Source: Malacoraja senta (lineage: Eukaryota). Taken from it: 64,000 nucleotides of DNA. The stretch is taken from the NCBI GenBank assembly GCA_038087875.1, contig CM075989.1, forward strand, positions 4,712,001-4,776,000, read 5' to 3'. Within the stretch, counting starts at the first letter, position 1; each line of letters starts with the position of its first letter. The position numbers and the translations under genes are program-made. Positions 1 to 12,063 of this stretch are shown here, in pieces. The notes under the pieces were generated by a model that searched no databases, was not told the DNA's origin, and saw only the letters and a list, made by a program, of their open reading frames with translations.

Positions 1-2164
1 AAATTGAGGACACAGTGGGAAATTGCTCGATATGCCAGGCGACTAGGAAAGCACAAGCAAGCGAGCTGCTACAACCACACTTCATCCCCAGCAGACCTTG
101 GTCTAAGGTCGGCGCAGACATCTCCCATCTGGATGGAGTTGACCATTTGCTTGTAGTAGACTATTACTCCAAGTACCCAGAAATAGCGCGACTGACAGAC
201 ATGACGTCACATTCGGTGATACGTGAGATGACGGGCATGTTTGCCCGGAATGGTATTCCTTGGTGATGACAGACAACGTGAGACAATTTGACTGTGCTGA
301 GTTTCATAGAAACATAGAAACATAGAAAATAGGTGCAGGAGAAGGCCATTCGGCCCTTCGAGCCTGCACCGCCATTCAATATGATCATGGCTGATCATCC
401 AACTCAGTATCCCGTACCTGCCTTCTCTCCATACCCCCTGATCCCTTTTGCCACAAAGGCCACATGTGATGCACATGTAATATAAATGCCAGTGCCCCTT
501 GAGGCCAAAAGCAGAAGCTGGCAAATGTGCCTGTGCCTTGCGACTGAGGTCAGGTGACCTTCTAGAAGTTTCCGATGGTTGTTCAGATTAAATCTTTCTT
601 ACAAGATGGCGGACGTGTATTCATTGTGCTAGTCACTACAGGGTCTTACAGCGGACATTACAATCCCCTTATATTTCAGCGTAGGCAAGTTAGGCCAAAG
701 GGCTAACCAATCGTACCACTGTACGATTACGACTCTATCTATGACTCTATGCATATGGGCCAATTACAGGCAGGTAGGACTAGTGCAGATGGGGCATACA
801 TAGATACATAGAAAATAGGTGCAGGAGTAGGCCATTCGGCCCTTCGAGCCTGCACCGCCATTCAATATGATCATGGCTGATCATCCAACTCAGTATCCCG
901 TACCTGCCTTCTCTCCATACCCCCTGATCCCTTTTGCCACAAAGGCCACATCTAACTCCCTCTTAAATATAGCCAATGAACTGGTCTCAACTACCTTCTG
1001 TGGCAGACAATTCCAGAGATTCACCACTCTCTGTGTGAAAAATGTTTTCCTCTAATGTTTTTCGCAAGTTCCAGCATGTCCGGGAATTTGCACATGTCAC
1101 CTCGTCCCATATATCCACAGAGCAACAGGCAGATAGAGCGCTGTGTGCAAACTATAAAAAGTATCATGAGGAAAGCCAAACGCAGCGGTCGTGACCCGAT
1201 GTACGCCATCCTCGAATACTGCAACCCCCCTTGATGGGACAGGCGGCTATGCCCCCTCACAGTTACTGAACAGTAGACTGTTAAGAAGCAAATTGCCATC
1301 GCCTCTATCACTCTTACTGCCTCATCATGTCCCTCCCATGACCACAACTGGCCATCCGACAAGAAAAACAGGCAGCATACTTCAATGAGAAGGCAAGCGC
1401 CGAGCCGCTGCCGCACCTGGAACAACAACAAAAGGTGTGGTTTCGTGCAAACCAACCGAGTGGCAACTTGGCCAGATTGCAAGAGAAAACCTGTTCACTC
1501 GGAGCTACGTCATCTCTACACCGAGCGGTACTGAGTTCCGCAGAAACAGGAAGGACATACGACCTGCGCACGAAGCAGCCGAGTCATGCCCTGGCAACAC
1601 GCAGCAGACAAGTGCGAACACTCTCCCACAAGGAGGAACCCCTCTCCCAGAAGGAGCTAGTCTCCCAGACTCAAGAGAACTGTCACAGGCCGCATCACCA
1701 GGTTCTGTGGTGGGGGAACCGGCTCGAAGTGTGCCAAGCCACACACAACAGAAATACGACACAGAACGAGGTGGAAATATGACTTGCACGAGAAGTGGGT
1801 GATGTTCAAAACCCCCAACTCGACTTGTCATGTAAAATAGTTGGACAATTATTTTATAGTTTTGTAGTATGAAGAGCACTGTGTTATTTGTGGTACTTTA
1901 TCCACATTAAATAGATTAAAGGTTCAAGTTATTAGTTTTGACCAACATTGAAGGGGGAGATGTGATGTAATTAAAGTGAAGGGGGAGATGTGATGCACAT
2001 GTAATATACATGCCAGTGCCCCTTGAGGTCAAAAGCAGAAGCTGGCAAATGTGCCTGTGCCTTGCGACTGAGGTCAGGTGACCTTCTAGAAGTTTCCGAT
2101 GGTTGTTCAGATTAAATCTTTCTTACAAGATGGCGGACGTGTATTCATTGTGCTAGTCACTACA
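1..2164 (+). mobile_element. Ty3/Gypsy LTR retrotransposon, 3' part: degenerate integrase (1-305 and ~1060-1835), polypurine tract and 3' LTR
   Basis: Translation CSICQ...RPWSKVGAD...LLVVDYYSKYPE...MFARNGIP, resuming after an insertion as FAHVTSS...PQSN.QIERCVQTIK and a C-terminal RSYVISTPSGTEFRRNRKDI...TRSG. PPT AAGGGGGAGA lies directly before the LTR. Stops and frameshifts present. Confidence 0.9.
1989..2164 (+). repeat. Gypsy 3' LTR (176 bp, TGTGATG...CACTACA); second copy at 465-640
   Basis: TG...CA termini, preceded by the PPT, near-identical copy at 465-640. Confidence 0.85.
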
Positions 2165-2413
2165 GGGTCTTACAGCGGACATTACAATCCCCTTATATTT
2201 CAGCGTAGGCAAGTTAGGCCAAAGGGCTAACCAATCGTACCACTGTACGATTACAACTCTATCTATGACTCTATGCATATGGGCCAATTACAGGCAGGTG
2301 GGACTAGTGCAGATGGGGCATACATAGATACATAGAAAATAGGTGCAGGAGTAGGCCATTCAGCCCTTCGAGCCTGCACCGCCATTCAATATGATCATGG
2401 CTGATCATCCTAC

Positions 2414-5400
2414 TCAGTATCCCGTACCTGCCTTCTCTCCATACCCCCTGATCCCTTTAGCCACAAGGGCCACATCTAACTCCCTCTTAAATATAGCCAA
2501 TGAACTGGCCTCAACTACCCACTGTGGCAGAGAGTTCCAGAGATTCACCACTCTCTGTGTGAAAAAGTTTTTTCTCATCTCGGTCTTAAAGGATTCCCCC
2601 CTTATCCTTAAGCTGTGACCCCTTGTCCTGGACTTCCCCAACATCGGGAACAATCTTCCTGCATCTAGCCTGTCCAACCCCATAAGAATTTTGTACGTTT
2701 CTATAAGATCTCCTCTCAATCTCCTAAATTCTAGCGAGTATAAGCCAAGTCTATCCAGTCTTTCTTCATATGAAAGTCCTGACATCCCAGGAATCAGTCT
2801 GGTGAACCTTCTCTGCACTCCCTCTATGGCTATAATGTCCTTCCTCAGATTTGGAGACCAAAACTGTACGCAATACTCCAGGTGTGGTCTCATCAAGACC
2901 CTGTACAACTGCAGTAGAACCTCCCTGCTCCTATACTCAAATCCTTTTGCTATGAAAGCTAATGTACCATTCGCTTTCTTCACTGCCTGCTGCACCTGCA
3001 TGCCTACTTTCAATGGTACACAAAAATGCTGGAGAAGCTCAGCTGGTGCAGCAGCATCTATGGAGCGAAGGAAATAGGTAACGTTTCGGGCCGAAACCCT
3101 TCTTCAGACTTAGGGGGTGGGGAGAAGAAAGGAAAAAAGGAAAAAGGCGGAGGAAGAGCCCGAGGGCTGGGGAAGGGGAGGAGACAACCAGATGGCTGAT
3201 GAAGGGGAGGGGACAGCAAGGGCTAGCAGAATTGGCCTACTTTCAATGACTGGTGTACCATGACACCCAGGTCTCGCTGCATCTCCCCTTTTCCTAATCG
3301 GCCACCATTTAGATAATAGTCTGCTTTCCTGTTTTTGCCACCAAAGTGGATAACCTCACATTTATCCACATTATACTGCATCTGCCAAACATTTGCCCAC
3401 TCACCCAGCCTATCCAAGTCACCTTGCAGTCTCCTAGCATCCTCCTCACAGCTAACACTGCCCCCCAGCTTAGTGTCATCCGCAAACTTGGAGATGTTGC
3501 CTTCAATTCCCTCATCCAGTTCATTAATATAAATTGTAAATAGCTGGGGTCCCAGCACTGAGCCTTGCGGTATCCCACTAGTCACTGCCTGCCATTGTGA
3601 AAAGGACCCGTTTACTCCTACTCTTTGCTTCCTGTTTGCTAGCCAGTTCTCTATCCACATCAATACTGAACCCCCAATACTGTGTGCTTTAAGTTTGTAT
3701 ACTAATCTCTTATGTGGGACCTTGTCGAAAGCCTTCTGAAAGTCCAGATACAACACATCCACTGGTTCTCCCCTATCCACTCTACTAGTTACATCCTCGA
3801 AAAATTCTATAAGATTCGTCAGACATGATTTACCTTTCGTAAATCCATGCTGACTTTGTCCAATGATTTCACCACTTTCCAAATGTGCTGCTATCCCATC
3901 TTTAATAACTGACTAGCAGTTTCCCCACTACCGATGTTAGACTAACTGGTCTGTAATTCCCCGTTTTCTCTCTCCCTCCCTTCTTAAAAAGTGGGGTTAC
4001 GTTTGCTTCCCTCCAATCCTCAGGAACTACTGCAGAATCTAAAGAGTTTTGAAAAATTATCACTAATGCATCCACTATTTCTGGAGCTACTTCCTTAAGT
4101 ACTCTGGGATGCAGCCTATCTGGCCCTGGTGATTTATCGGCCTTTAATCCATTTAATTTACCCAACACCACTTCCCGACTAACCTGGATTTCACTCAGTT
4201 CCTCCATCTCCTTTGACCCGCGGTCCCCTATTTCCGGCAGATTATTTATGTCTTCCTTAGTGAAGACGGAACCAAAGTAGTTATTCAATTGGTCCGCCAT
4301 ATCCTTGTTCCCCATGATCAATTCACCTGTTTCTGACTGCAAGGGACCTACATTTGTTTTAACTAATCTCTTTCTCTTCACATATCTATAAAAAGTTTGC
4401 AGTCAGTTTTTATGTTCCCTGCCAGTTTTCTTTCATAATCTATTTTCCCTTTCCTAACTAAGCCCTTTGTCCTCCTCCGCTGGTCTCTGAATTTCTCCCA
4501 GTTCTCTGGTATTTTGCTTTTTCTGGCTAATTTGTACACATCATCTTTTGCTTTGATACTATCCCTGATTTCCCTTGTTATCCACGGATGCACTACCTTC
4601 CCTGATTTATTCTTTTGCCAAACTGGGATGAACAATTTTTGTAGTTCATCCATGCAGTCTTTAAATGCCTTCCATTGCATATCCACCATCAAGCCTTTTA
4701 GAACTAATTGCCAGTCAATCTTGGCCAATTCACGTCTCATACCCTCAAAGTTACATTTCTTTAAGTTCAGAACCATTGTTTCTGAATTAACAATGTCACT
4801 CTCCATCCTAATGAAGAACTCAACCATATTATGGTCACTCTTGCCCAAGGGGGCACGCACAACAAGACTGCTAACTAACACTTCCTCATTACTCAATACC
4901 CAGTCTAGAATAGCCTGCTCTCTCGTTGGTTCCTCTTCATGTTGGTTTAGATAACTATCCCGCATACATTCCAAGAAATCCTCTTCCTCAGCACCCCTGC
5001 CAATTTGATTCACCCAATCTATATGTAGGTTGAAGTCACCCATTATAACTGTTTTGCCTTTGTTGCACGCATTTCTAATTTCCTGTTTGATGCCATCCCC
5101 AACTTCACTACTACTGCTAGGTGGCCTGTACACAACACCCACCAGCGATTTCTGCCCCTTAGTGTTTTGCAGCTCTACCCATACCGATTCCACATCCTCC
5201 AAGCTAATGTCCTTCCTTTCCACTGCGTTAATCTCGTCTCTAACCAGCAACGCTACCCCACCTCCTTTTCCTTTCTCTCTATCCCTCCTGAATATTGAAT
5301 ATCCCTGGATGTTCAGCTCCCAGCCTTGGTCACCCTGGAGCCATGTCTCCGTGATCCCAACTATATCATAATCATTAATACCTATCTGCACGTTCAACTC

Positions 5401-5490
5401 GTCCACCTTATTACGAATGCTCCTTGCATTGAGACACAAAGCCTTCAGGCTTGTTTTTACAATGCTCTTACCCCTTATACAATTATGTTG
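2414..5490 (-). pseudogene. CR1 ORF2 (APE endonuclease and reverse transcriptase), frameshifted and interrupted
   Basis: LNARSIRNK, GITETWL, MGDFN, SDHN, KSPGPD, YRPVSLTS, YLDFQKAFDKV, PQGSVLGP and KFADDTKL distributed over four ORFs. Confidence 0.95.
3016..3234 (-). mobile_element. Penelope-type terminal-repeat insertion with hammerhead motif, 14-bp TSD
   Basis: GCCTACTTTCAATG at 3002-3015 and 3235-3248. Minus strand reads CTGAAGA-AGGGTTTCGGCCC-GAAA-CGTT. Confidence 0.8.
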
Positions 5491-5735
5491 AAAAGTGGCC
5501 CTTTTTGATTTTTGCCCTGGATTTGTCTGCCTGCCACCTATTGCTTCCGCCCGCATTTTACACCCCTCTGTTTCTCTGCTCACCCATTTAAGAACCTCAC
5601 CACCTCTTATTCTCTGTTTATTATTGTTTTCTTCTTCCCCCCCTACATGTTGGGTCTGAGTGCTTTCCTTCTCTGCCTCCTGCCTCACACACTGTCTAAT
5701 AGATTTCTCTATTTGAGTCCCTCCCCCCAACCATT

Positions 5736-6824
5736 CTAGTTTAAAGTCTCCCCAGTAGCCTTTGCAGATTTCCCTGCCAGGATATCGGTCCCCCTCAGGT
5801 TCAAGTGCAACCCATCCTTTTTGTACAGGTCGCACCTTCCACAAAAGAGGTCCCAATGATCCAGAAATTTGAATCCCTGCCCTCTGCACCAGTCCTTCAG
5901 CCACGCATTTATCCTCCACCTCGCTCCATTCCTACTCTCACTGTCACGTGGCACAGGCAGTAATCCCGAGATTGTTACCTTTGCTGTCCTTCTCCTTAAC
6001 TTCCCTCCTGACACCCTAAATTCTCCTTTCAGGACCTCTTCTCTTTTTTTACCTATGTCATTGGTACCTATATGTACCACGACCTCGGGCTCCTCTCCCT
6101 CCCCTTTCAGGATATCTTGGACACGTTGAGACACATCACAGACCCTGGCACCAGGGAGGCAAACTACCATCCGGGTCTCCCGACTGTGTCCACAGAATCG
6201 CCTGTCTGACCCCCTAACTATAGAGTCCCCTATTAGTATTGCCCTCCTCTTCTTTTCCTTACCCTTCTGAGCAACAGGACCGGTCTCTGTACCGGAGGCC
6301 CGGCCGCTGTCGCTACCCCCAGGTAGGCTGTCCTCCCCAACAGTGCTCAAACAGGAGTACTTATTGTCAAGGTGTACAGCCACCGGGGTACTCTCTAGTC
6401 CATGCCTGTGCCCCTTGCCTCTCCCAACCGTGACCCACTTGCCTGCCTCCTGTGGTCTTGGAGTGACCACCTCCCTGTAACTCCTCTCAATGACTTCCTC
6501 GTTCTCCCTGACCAGACAGAGGTTATCGAGCTGCTGCTCCAGGTTCCTAATACGGTCCCTTAGGAGCCCCATCTCGATGCACCTGGCGCAGATGTGGACG
6601 TCTGGAGGGCTATCAGACTCCATGACTTCCCACATCTGACATCCAGAACAGTAAACTGCCCTGGCCCTCATACTCCCCTTACCCTGGATACAATACATCT
6701 GACATCCAGAACAGTAAACTGCCCTGGCCATCATACTCCCCTTACCCTGGATACAATACATCTGACATCCAGAACAGTAAACTGCCCTGGCCCTCATACT
6801 CCCCTTACCCTGGATACAATACAA
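5736..6824 (-). CDS. CR1 ORF1p: CxxC..CxxC zinc finger, coiled coil and SGNH/GDSL esterase
   Basis: Open 362-aa frame with CSGC...CARC, LRDRIRNLEQQLDNL, and esterase blocks IGDSIVR, CLPGA, HIGTND, DGLHLN. Confidence 0.9.
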   Translation of the reverse strand: MYCIQGKGSMRARAVYCSGCQMYCIQGKGSMMARAVYCSGCQMYCIQGKGSMRARAVYCSGCQMWEVMESDSPPDVHICARCIEMGLLRDRIRNLEQQLDNLCLVRENEEVIERSYREVVTPRPQEAGKWVTVGRGKGHRHGLESTPVAVHLDNKYSCLSTVGEDSLPGGSDSGRASGTETGPVAQKGKEKKRRAILIGDSIVRGSDRRFCGHSRETRMVVCLPGARVCDVSQRVQDILKGEGEEPEVVVHIGTNDIGKKREEVLKGEFRVSGGKLRRRTAKVTISGLLPVPRDSESRNGARWRINAWLKDWCRGQGFKFLDHWDLFCGRCDLYKKDGLHLNLRGTDILAGKSAKATGETLN

Positions 6825-7607
6825 AACAAACTGCTACAATACAGTACAATCAGCAGAGATCTGACTCCCAATCAGCTGCTCCCTCTTGTCTGCTTCCACC
6901 AATCAGCGGCTTCTTCAAGCCCACTTGTTTTTGAAGTGCGAGTGGAACTTGGAACTTTGCAGATTTCGGTTCCTCCTCCCTCTGCGACCGCACCAACGGC
7001 TCTCGGGCCTCTGTAAGAAGCAAGCCCCCCGCTCCACTTTAACTCCTACCGCTCGGGTGTAGCTCCTCCCTCTGCGACCGCTCCAACGGCTCTCGGCATG
7101 TTGGTCAGCATGGGCAAGTTGGGTGGAAGGGCTTGTTTCCACGCTGTATGGCTCTATGACTCCATTCGACCTTCAGAAGTGCAACACCTCACACTTGCTC
7201 AGATAACCATTACTAAAATGTAGATTGTACCTGTGTGAAATCTTGTCCAACAAATCAGATGACTATTTTTGCCTAGTCGGATGAAGGTCAGAAATATCCA
7301 CCAAAAATTGCAGAGTGCATTGACATTTCCACGTTGTGGATATCTTCTCTTGTGAGACGCTACCTTCCTGGAAAATGGCCTGCTCTTCATTGTTTAAACT
7401 CTTTATTGGGTTAAGGCAAGCTGGTTTGAAATCCGGACTTCAGTATTAGAATGCTGAGGGGTAGCAGACACGTCTAATCATGTAACTGTTCAAAATCTAC
7501 ACAAATAGCCAAGTAGGAAATTTGATTCATTTTTTAATTTCTGGTCAATGAAACATTGTTGCAATTTTAGATTTAGAATTTGTGTCGTTTATATTTCAGT
7601 AGTGCTA

Positions 7608-7949
7608 TGGGCCTGTCCCACTTACGCGACTTTTTCGGCGACTGCCGGCACCCGTCATAGGTCGTTGCAGGTCGCCGAAAATGTTCAACGTTTTGAAAAT
7701 CCAGCGGCGACCAGAACAAGGTACGACTCTTTGGGCGACTACTCACGACCATACAGGCTTCACCCCGCGACATGTCTCCGGGGTGTCACCTGTATGGTCG
7801 TGAGTCTTCTCCTCAGTCGCCCAAAAGAGTCGTAGCGTCTTTCTGGTCGCCGCTAAATTTTCAAAACGTGGACAATTTTCGCCGACCTGCAACGACCTAT
7901 GACGGGTGCCGTAAGTTGCCGAAAAAGTTGGGTAAGTGGGACAGGCCCA
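7608..7949. mobile_element. PIF/Harbinger-type foldback MITE
   Basis: TIR TGGGCCTGTCCCACTTAC...GTAAGTGGGACAGGCCCA, arms complementary almost to the centre, flanks CTA/TTA. Confidence 0.8.
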
Positions 7950-8449
7950 TTACTCACTTACTTAGCAAGATATTTAAGGGCGTAACCCACACTTTATTAG
8001 TTCAATGTGCACAAGAGTTGGAAACTAAAGCGGTTTGGCAGTATTCTAAATCTATTTATAGAGTGATACAGCGTGGAAACAGGCCCTTCGGCCCAACTTG
8101 CCCACACCAGCCAACATGTCCCAGCTTTACTAGTCCCACCTGCCCAGGTTTGGTCCATATGCCTCCAAACCTGTCCTATCCACAAATTCTTTAATCAATT
8201 CAGGAATTATTTCATCAATTCCTCTGAAGTTGGACTGATTTGATATCTAACTTGATTTGAAACTTTACTTTTAATTGTCTATAATGTGGGGTTACTGAAC
8301 AACACAATTCAAGATGGAGAAACAGGTGCTGGAATCTTGAGTAGAACACAAGGTGCTGGAGTAATTCAATGGGTCAGGCAGCATCTATAGAGGACATGGA
8401 TAGGCGATGTTTTGGGTGGAGACCCTTCTTCAGACAGATATGGAGTACC

Positions 8450-8720
8450 ATCTCCAGATTCAGGGACAGTTTCTTCCCAGCTGTTATCAAGCAACTGGAC
8501 CATGCTATCAACAACTAAAGAATGGCCCTCTTTGGGGACCCTCGGACTATCCTTAATCAGACTTTACTGGACTTTATCTTGCACTAAACATTATTCCCTT
8601 TATCATGTATCTGTACACAGTGGACGGCTTGATTGCAATCATGTATAGTCTTTCCGTTGACCGGATAGCACGCAACAAAAAGCTTTTCCCTGTGCCTCGG
8701 TACACACGATAATAAACTAC
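8450..8720 (+). mobile_element. Rex1/Babar-like LINE 3' fragment
   Basis: RFRDSFFPAVIK coding end and the same 3' UTR as 10085-10610. Confidence 0.7.
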
Positions 8721-9117
8721 TTCTATGTGAAAAACATTCCCTGAGGTCCAAGATTCAAATGGTACAATTTACATTCAGAGTGATACAAAATTAACTCATG
8801 CCCACTTTCTTATACTTACCCGGGTCACCTCAGTTTCAAACCTCCAGTGCCTGATATTCTGTAGTGCCTTTCAACAATACACAGGCTCAGAAACCGTGTG
8901 TGCTAATGTGCGCACTGCGGACTGCTGGAGCTGCTTTAAGGAATTACTTGCAAGACGTTAGTGCCATCTGACCCTAGTTACTGGGTTGTTCACCATTCAG
9001 CAGAATTGGAGAAATTCAGTGACATTTGATTCAAATGAAAGATCACCGACCCAGAACATTAACTCTGCCTGACATGGTGAGTATATTGCCTCATTTCTAC
9101 TTTTTATATTGTCATGA

Positions 9118-9421
9118 GTTTAGTTTAGAGATACAGCATGGAAACAGGCCCTTCGGCCCACCAAGTCCACCCCGACCATCGACCAAGCATTCACACTCCA
9201 TTCTATGTTATCCCGCTTTGACTCCCTGCACATGGGACAATTAACCTACAAAATCCACACAGGGTTGGGATGTGGGAGGAAACAGGAGCACCCGGAGGAA
9301 ACTCACGCTGTCACAGAGAGAACATGCAAACTCCACACAGACAGCACCTGAGGTCAAGATCAAACCCGGGTCTCTGGAGCTGTGAGGCAGCAGCATTTCC
9401 AGCTGTGCCACTGTGCTGCCC
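9118..9421 (-). mobile_element. tRNA-derived SINE (HE1/V-SINE-like)
   Basis: A-box TGGCACAG and B-box-like GGTTTGATC on the minus strand, with an (ACTAA) tail. Confidence 0.8.
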
Positions 9422-9534
9422 AGGTTAATTGCATAAAGAAGATCAGAAGATTCAGAAACAAGTCAGTATTGAACGTTGTTGTGGTCTTACTGTTGCCCCA
9501 GTGGAGACTACCTATCAGTCCAACAACTGAATTA

Positions 9535-9865
9535 AGCGTCGACACAGAATGCTGGAGAAATTCAGCTGGACAGGCAGCATCTCTGGAGAGAAGGAATGGG
9601 TGACGTTTCGGGTCGAGACCGTTCTTCAGACTGGTTAAGGATAAGGGAAACGAGAGATATAGACGATGATGTGGAGAGACAAAGAACAATGAATGAAAGA
9701 TATGCGAAAAAGTAACGATGATCAAGGAAACAAGTCATTGTTAGCTGTTTGTAGGGTGAAAACGAGCAGCTGGTGCGACTCGCGTTGGGGAGGGATAGAG
9801 AGAGAGATAGAATGCCGGGGCGACCTGAAGCGAGAAAAATCAATATTCATACCACTGGGCATATT
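9535..9865 (-). mobile_element. Penelope-like element 3' end with hammerhead motif (~9600-9635)
   Basis: PSGMNIDFSRFR (GIY-YIG C-terminus), followed by CTGAAGAACGGTCTCGACCCGAAACGTC. Confidence 0.8.
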
Positions 9866-10084
9866 CTGCCTTCCATTACTCATATTCGAGTGACTGCCGT
9901 CTTTCTCTGCTTGTCCACCAGCGGGACCCACTGTAAAATTAATCATGTTCCAAATCTGTGTACTGTGAATGAAACTGGAAGGATTTTCTCCATTTATAAC
10001 CAAGATAATTAATCTGAGGTAAAGATTGCGGAAATCAACCCACAAAGGTTGACCAGATGGACTTTGGCAGGAAGTTCGGCATGT

Positions 10085-10610
10085 GCTGTAGAAAGCATTT
10101 TATCAGGATGCATCACAGCATGGTTTGGGAACAGCTCCATCCAAGGCCGCAAGAAATTACAGAGAATTGTGGACGCAGCCCAGACCATCACACAAACCTA
10201 CCTCTCATCTACTGACTCCATTTACACCTCACGCTGCCTCGGCAAGGCCACCAGCATAATCAAGGACAAGTCTCACCCCCACTTCTCCCTTTTCCCATCG
10301 CGTAAAAGGTACAGAAGTGTGAAAATGCACACCTCCAGATTCAAGGACAGTTTCTTCCCAGCTGTTATCAGGCAACCGAACCACCCAACCACAACTGGAG
10401 AGCAGTCCTGAATTACTATCCACCTCATTGTTGACCCTTGGGCTAGCTTTGATCGGACTTTACAGGCTTTATCTTGCACTAAACGTTATTCCCTTACCAT
10501 GTATCTGTGCACTGTGAATGGCTCGATTGTAATCGTGTCTAGTCTTTCCGCTAACTGGTAAGCACGCAACAAAAGCTTTTCACTGTACCTTGGTACACAC
10601 TAAACTAATA
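10085..10610 (+). mobile_element. Rex1/Babar LINE, 5'-truncated
   Basis: VESILSGCITAWFGN...LQRIV..A..I...SIY.SRCL.KA.SIIKD.SHP...RYRS...TSRFKDSFFPAVIR. Confidence 0.85.
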
Positions 10611-11292
10611 AATTAATCTCTGCAATCTCCAGAGGAAAGTTTAGGCAAATTTGGCCCGTACTCTCTGGAATTAAAAAAACTGAGAAGTAATCTCATTGAA
10701 ATAATATTTTGAAAGCTCTTGCCAGAGTAGATCCCAAGGCAGAAGTCTGGAGAACATATAATTATCCCCAGTGTTCAGTTGCATATCTATCTTTCAGTCC
10801 TGGTCATTACTGTCAGTTTGACGTTTGAGGGAGTATGCATGAGGGCGTATTAGCTACCAGCAGAAGTTGAACAAACTTAGGTAGACACAACATGCTGGAG
10901 TAACTCAGCGAGTGAGGCAGTATCTCTGGAGAGAAGGGATGGGCGACATTTCGGGTCGAGAAGGAAGGAATGTGCAACGGAGGAATTGAACAAACTTAGA
11001 TTCTTTTCTGTGGACTGCCCCTTGGAGATTGAGGGGAGACTTGATGGAGGTATAGAAAATTATGAGAGGCATAGATAGGGTAGACAGAGCACATTTTACC
11101 TAGAATGCAAATGTCAAAAACTGAAGGGCATGACTAAGGTAAGGGGTGGGGGGTGGGGGGGCAAGGTTTAAAGGACATATACAGAGGCATTTTTTTATTC
11201 AGAGGGAGGTGGGAGCCTGGAACACACTGCCAGCGGTAGTGTGAAGGCAGATACGAAAGTGGCATTCTAGACCTTTTGATAGGCATCTGGAT

Positions 11293-12063
11293 ATAGAAAC
11301 ATAGAAACATAGAAATTAGGTGCAGGAGTAGGCCATTCGGCCCTTCGAGCCTGCACCGCCATTCAATATGATCATGGCTGATCATCCAACTCAGTATCCC
11401 GTACCTGCCTTCTCTCCATACCCTCTGATCCCTTTAGCCACAAGGGCCACATCTAACTCCCTCTTAAATATAGCCAATGAACTGGCCTCGACTACCCTCT
11501 GTGGCAGAGAGTTCCAGAGATTCACCACCCTCTGTGTGAAAAAAGTTCTTCTCATCTCGGTTTTAAAGGATTTCCCCCTTATCCTTAAGCTGTGACCCCT
11601 TGTCCTGGACTTCCCCAACATCGGGAGCAATCTTCCTGCATCTAGCCTGTCCAACCCCTTAAGAATTTTGTAAGTTTCTATAAGATCCCCTCTCAATCTC
11701 CTAAATTCTAGAGAGTATAAACCAAGTCTATCCAGTCTTTCTTCATAAGACAGTCCTGACATCCCAGGAATCAGTCTGGTGAACCTTCTCTGCACTCCCT
11801 CTATGGCAATAATGTCCTTCCTCAGATTTGGAGACCAAAACTGTACGCAATACTCCAGGTGTGGTCTCACCAAGACCCTGTACAATTGCAGTAGAACCTC
11901 CCTGCTCCTATACTCAAATCCTTTTGCTATGAAAGCTAACATACCATTCCCTTTCTTCACTGACTGCTGCACCTGCATGCCTACTTTCAATGACTGGTGT
12001 ACCATGACACCCAGGTCTCGCTGCATCTCCCCTTTTCCTAGTCGGCCACCATTTAGATAATAA
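11293..12063 (-). mobile_element. CR1 LINE, 5'-truncated
   Basis: RT C-terminus (VRPHLEYCVQFWSP, RTRGHSL) and (TTTCTATG)n tail. Confidence 0.95.

Larger units (their letters stand above)
2322..7094 (-). mobile_element. Full-length CR1-clade LINE with 5-bp TSD GGCAT
   Basis: ORF1 and ORF2 present, (TATCTATG)-type 3' tail at ~2322-2335, GGCAT at 2317-2321 and 7095-7099. Removing the element restores the interrupted host repeat. Confidence 0.93.

Noticed and set aside
465..2164. Apparent small LTR element (TRIM) bounded by two 176-bp LTRs
   Set aside because: Identity extends about 400 bp past the LTR, the first copy has no PBS, and it lies inside the integrase. It is a local duplication.
6632..6823. 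CRISPR-like repeat array
   Set aside because: Contiguous tandem units without spacers, in a eukaryotic LINE.
7199..7520. Possible host exon in unique sequence (minus strand, AG acceptor near 7497)
   Set aside because: All three frames from the acceptor contain stops and no homology was recognised.
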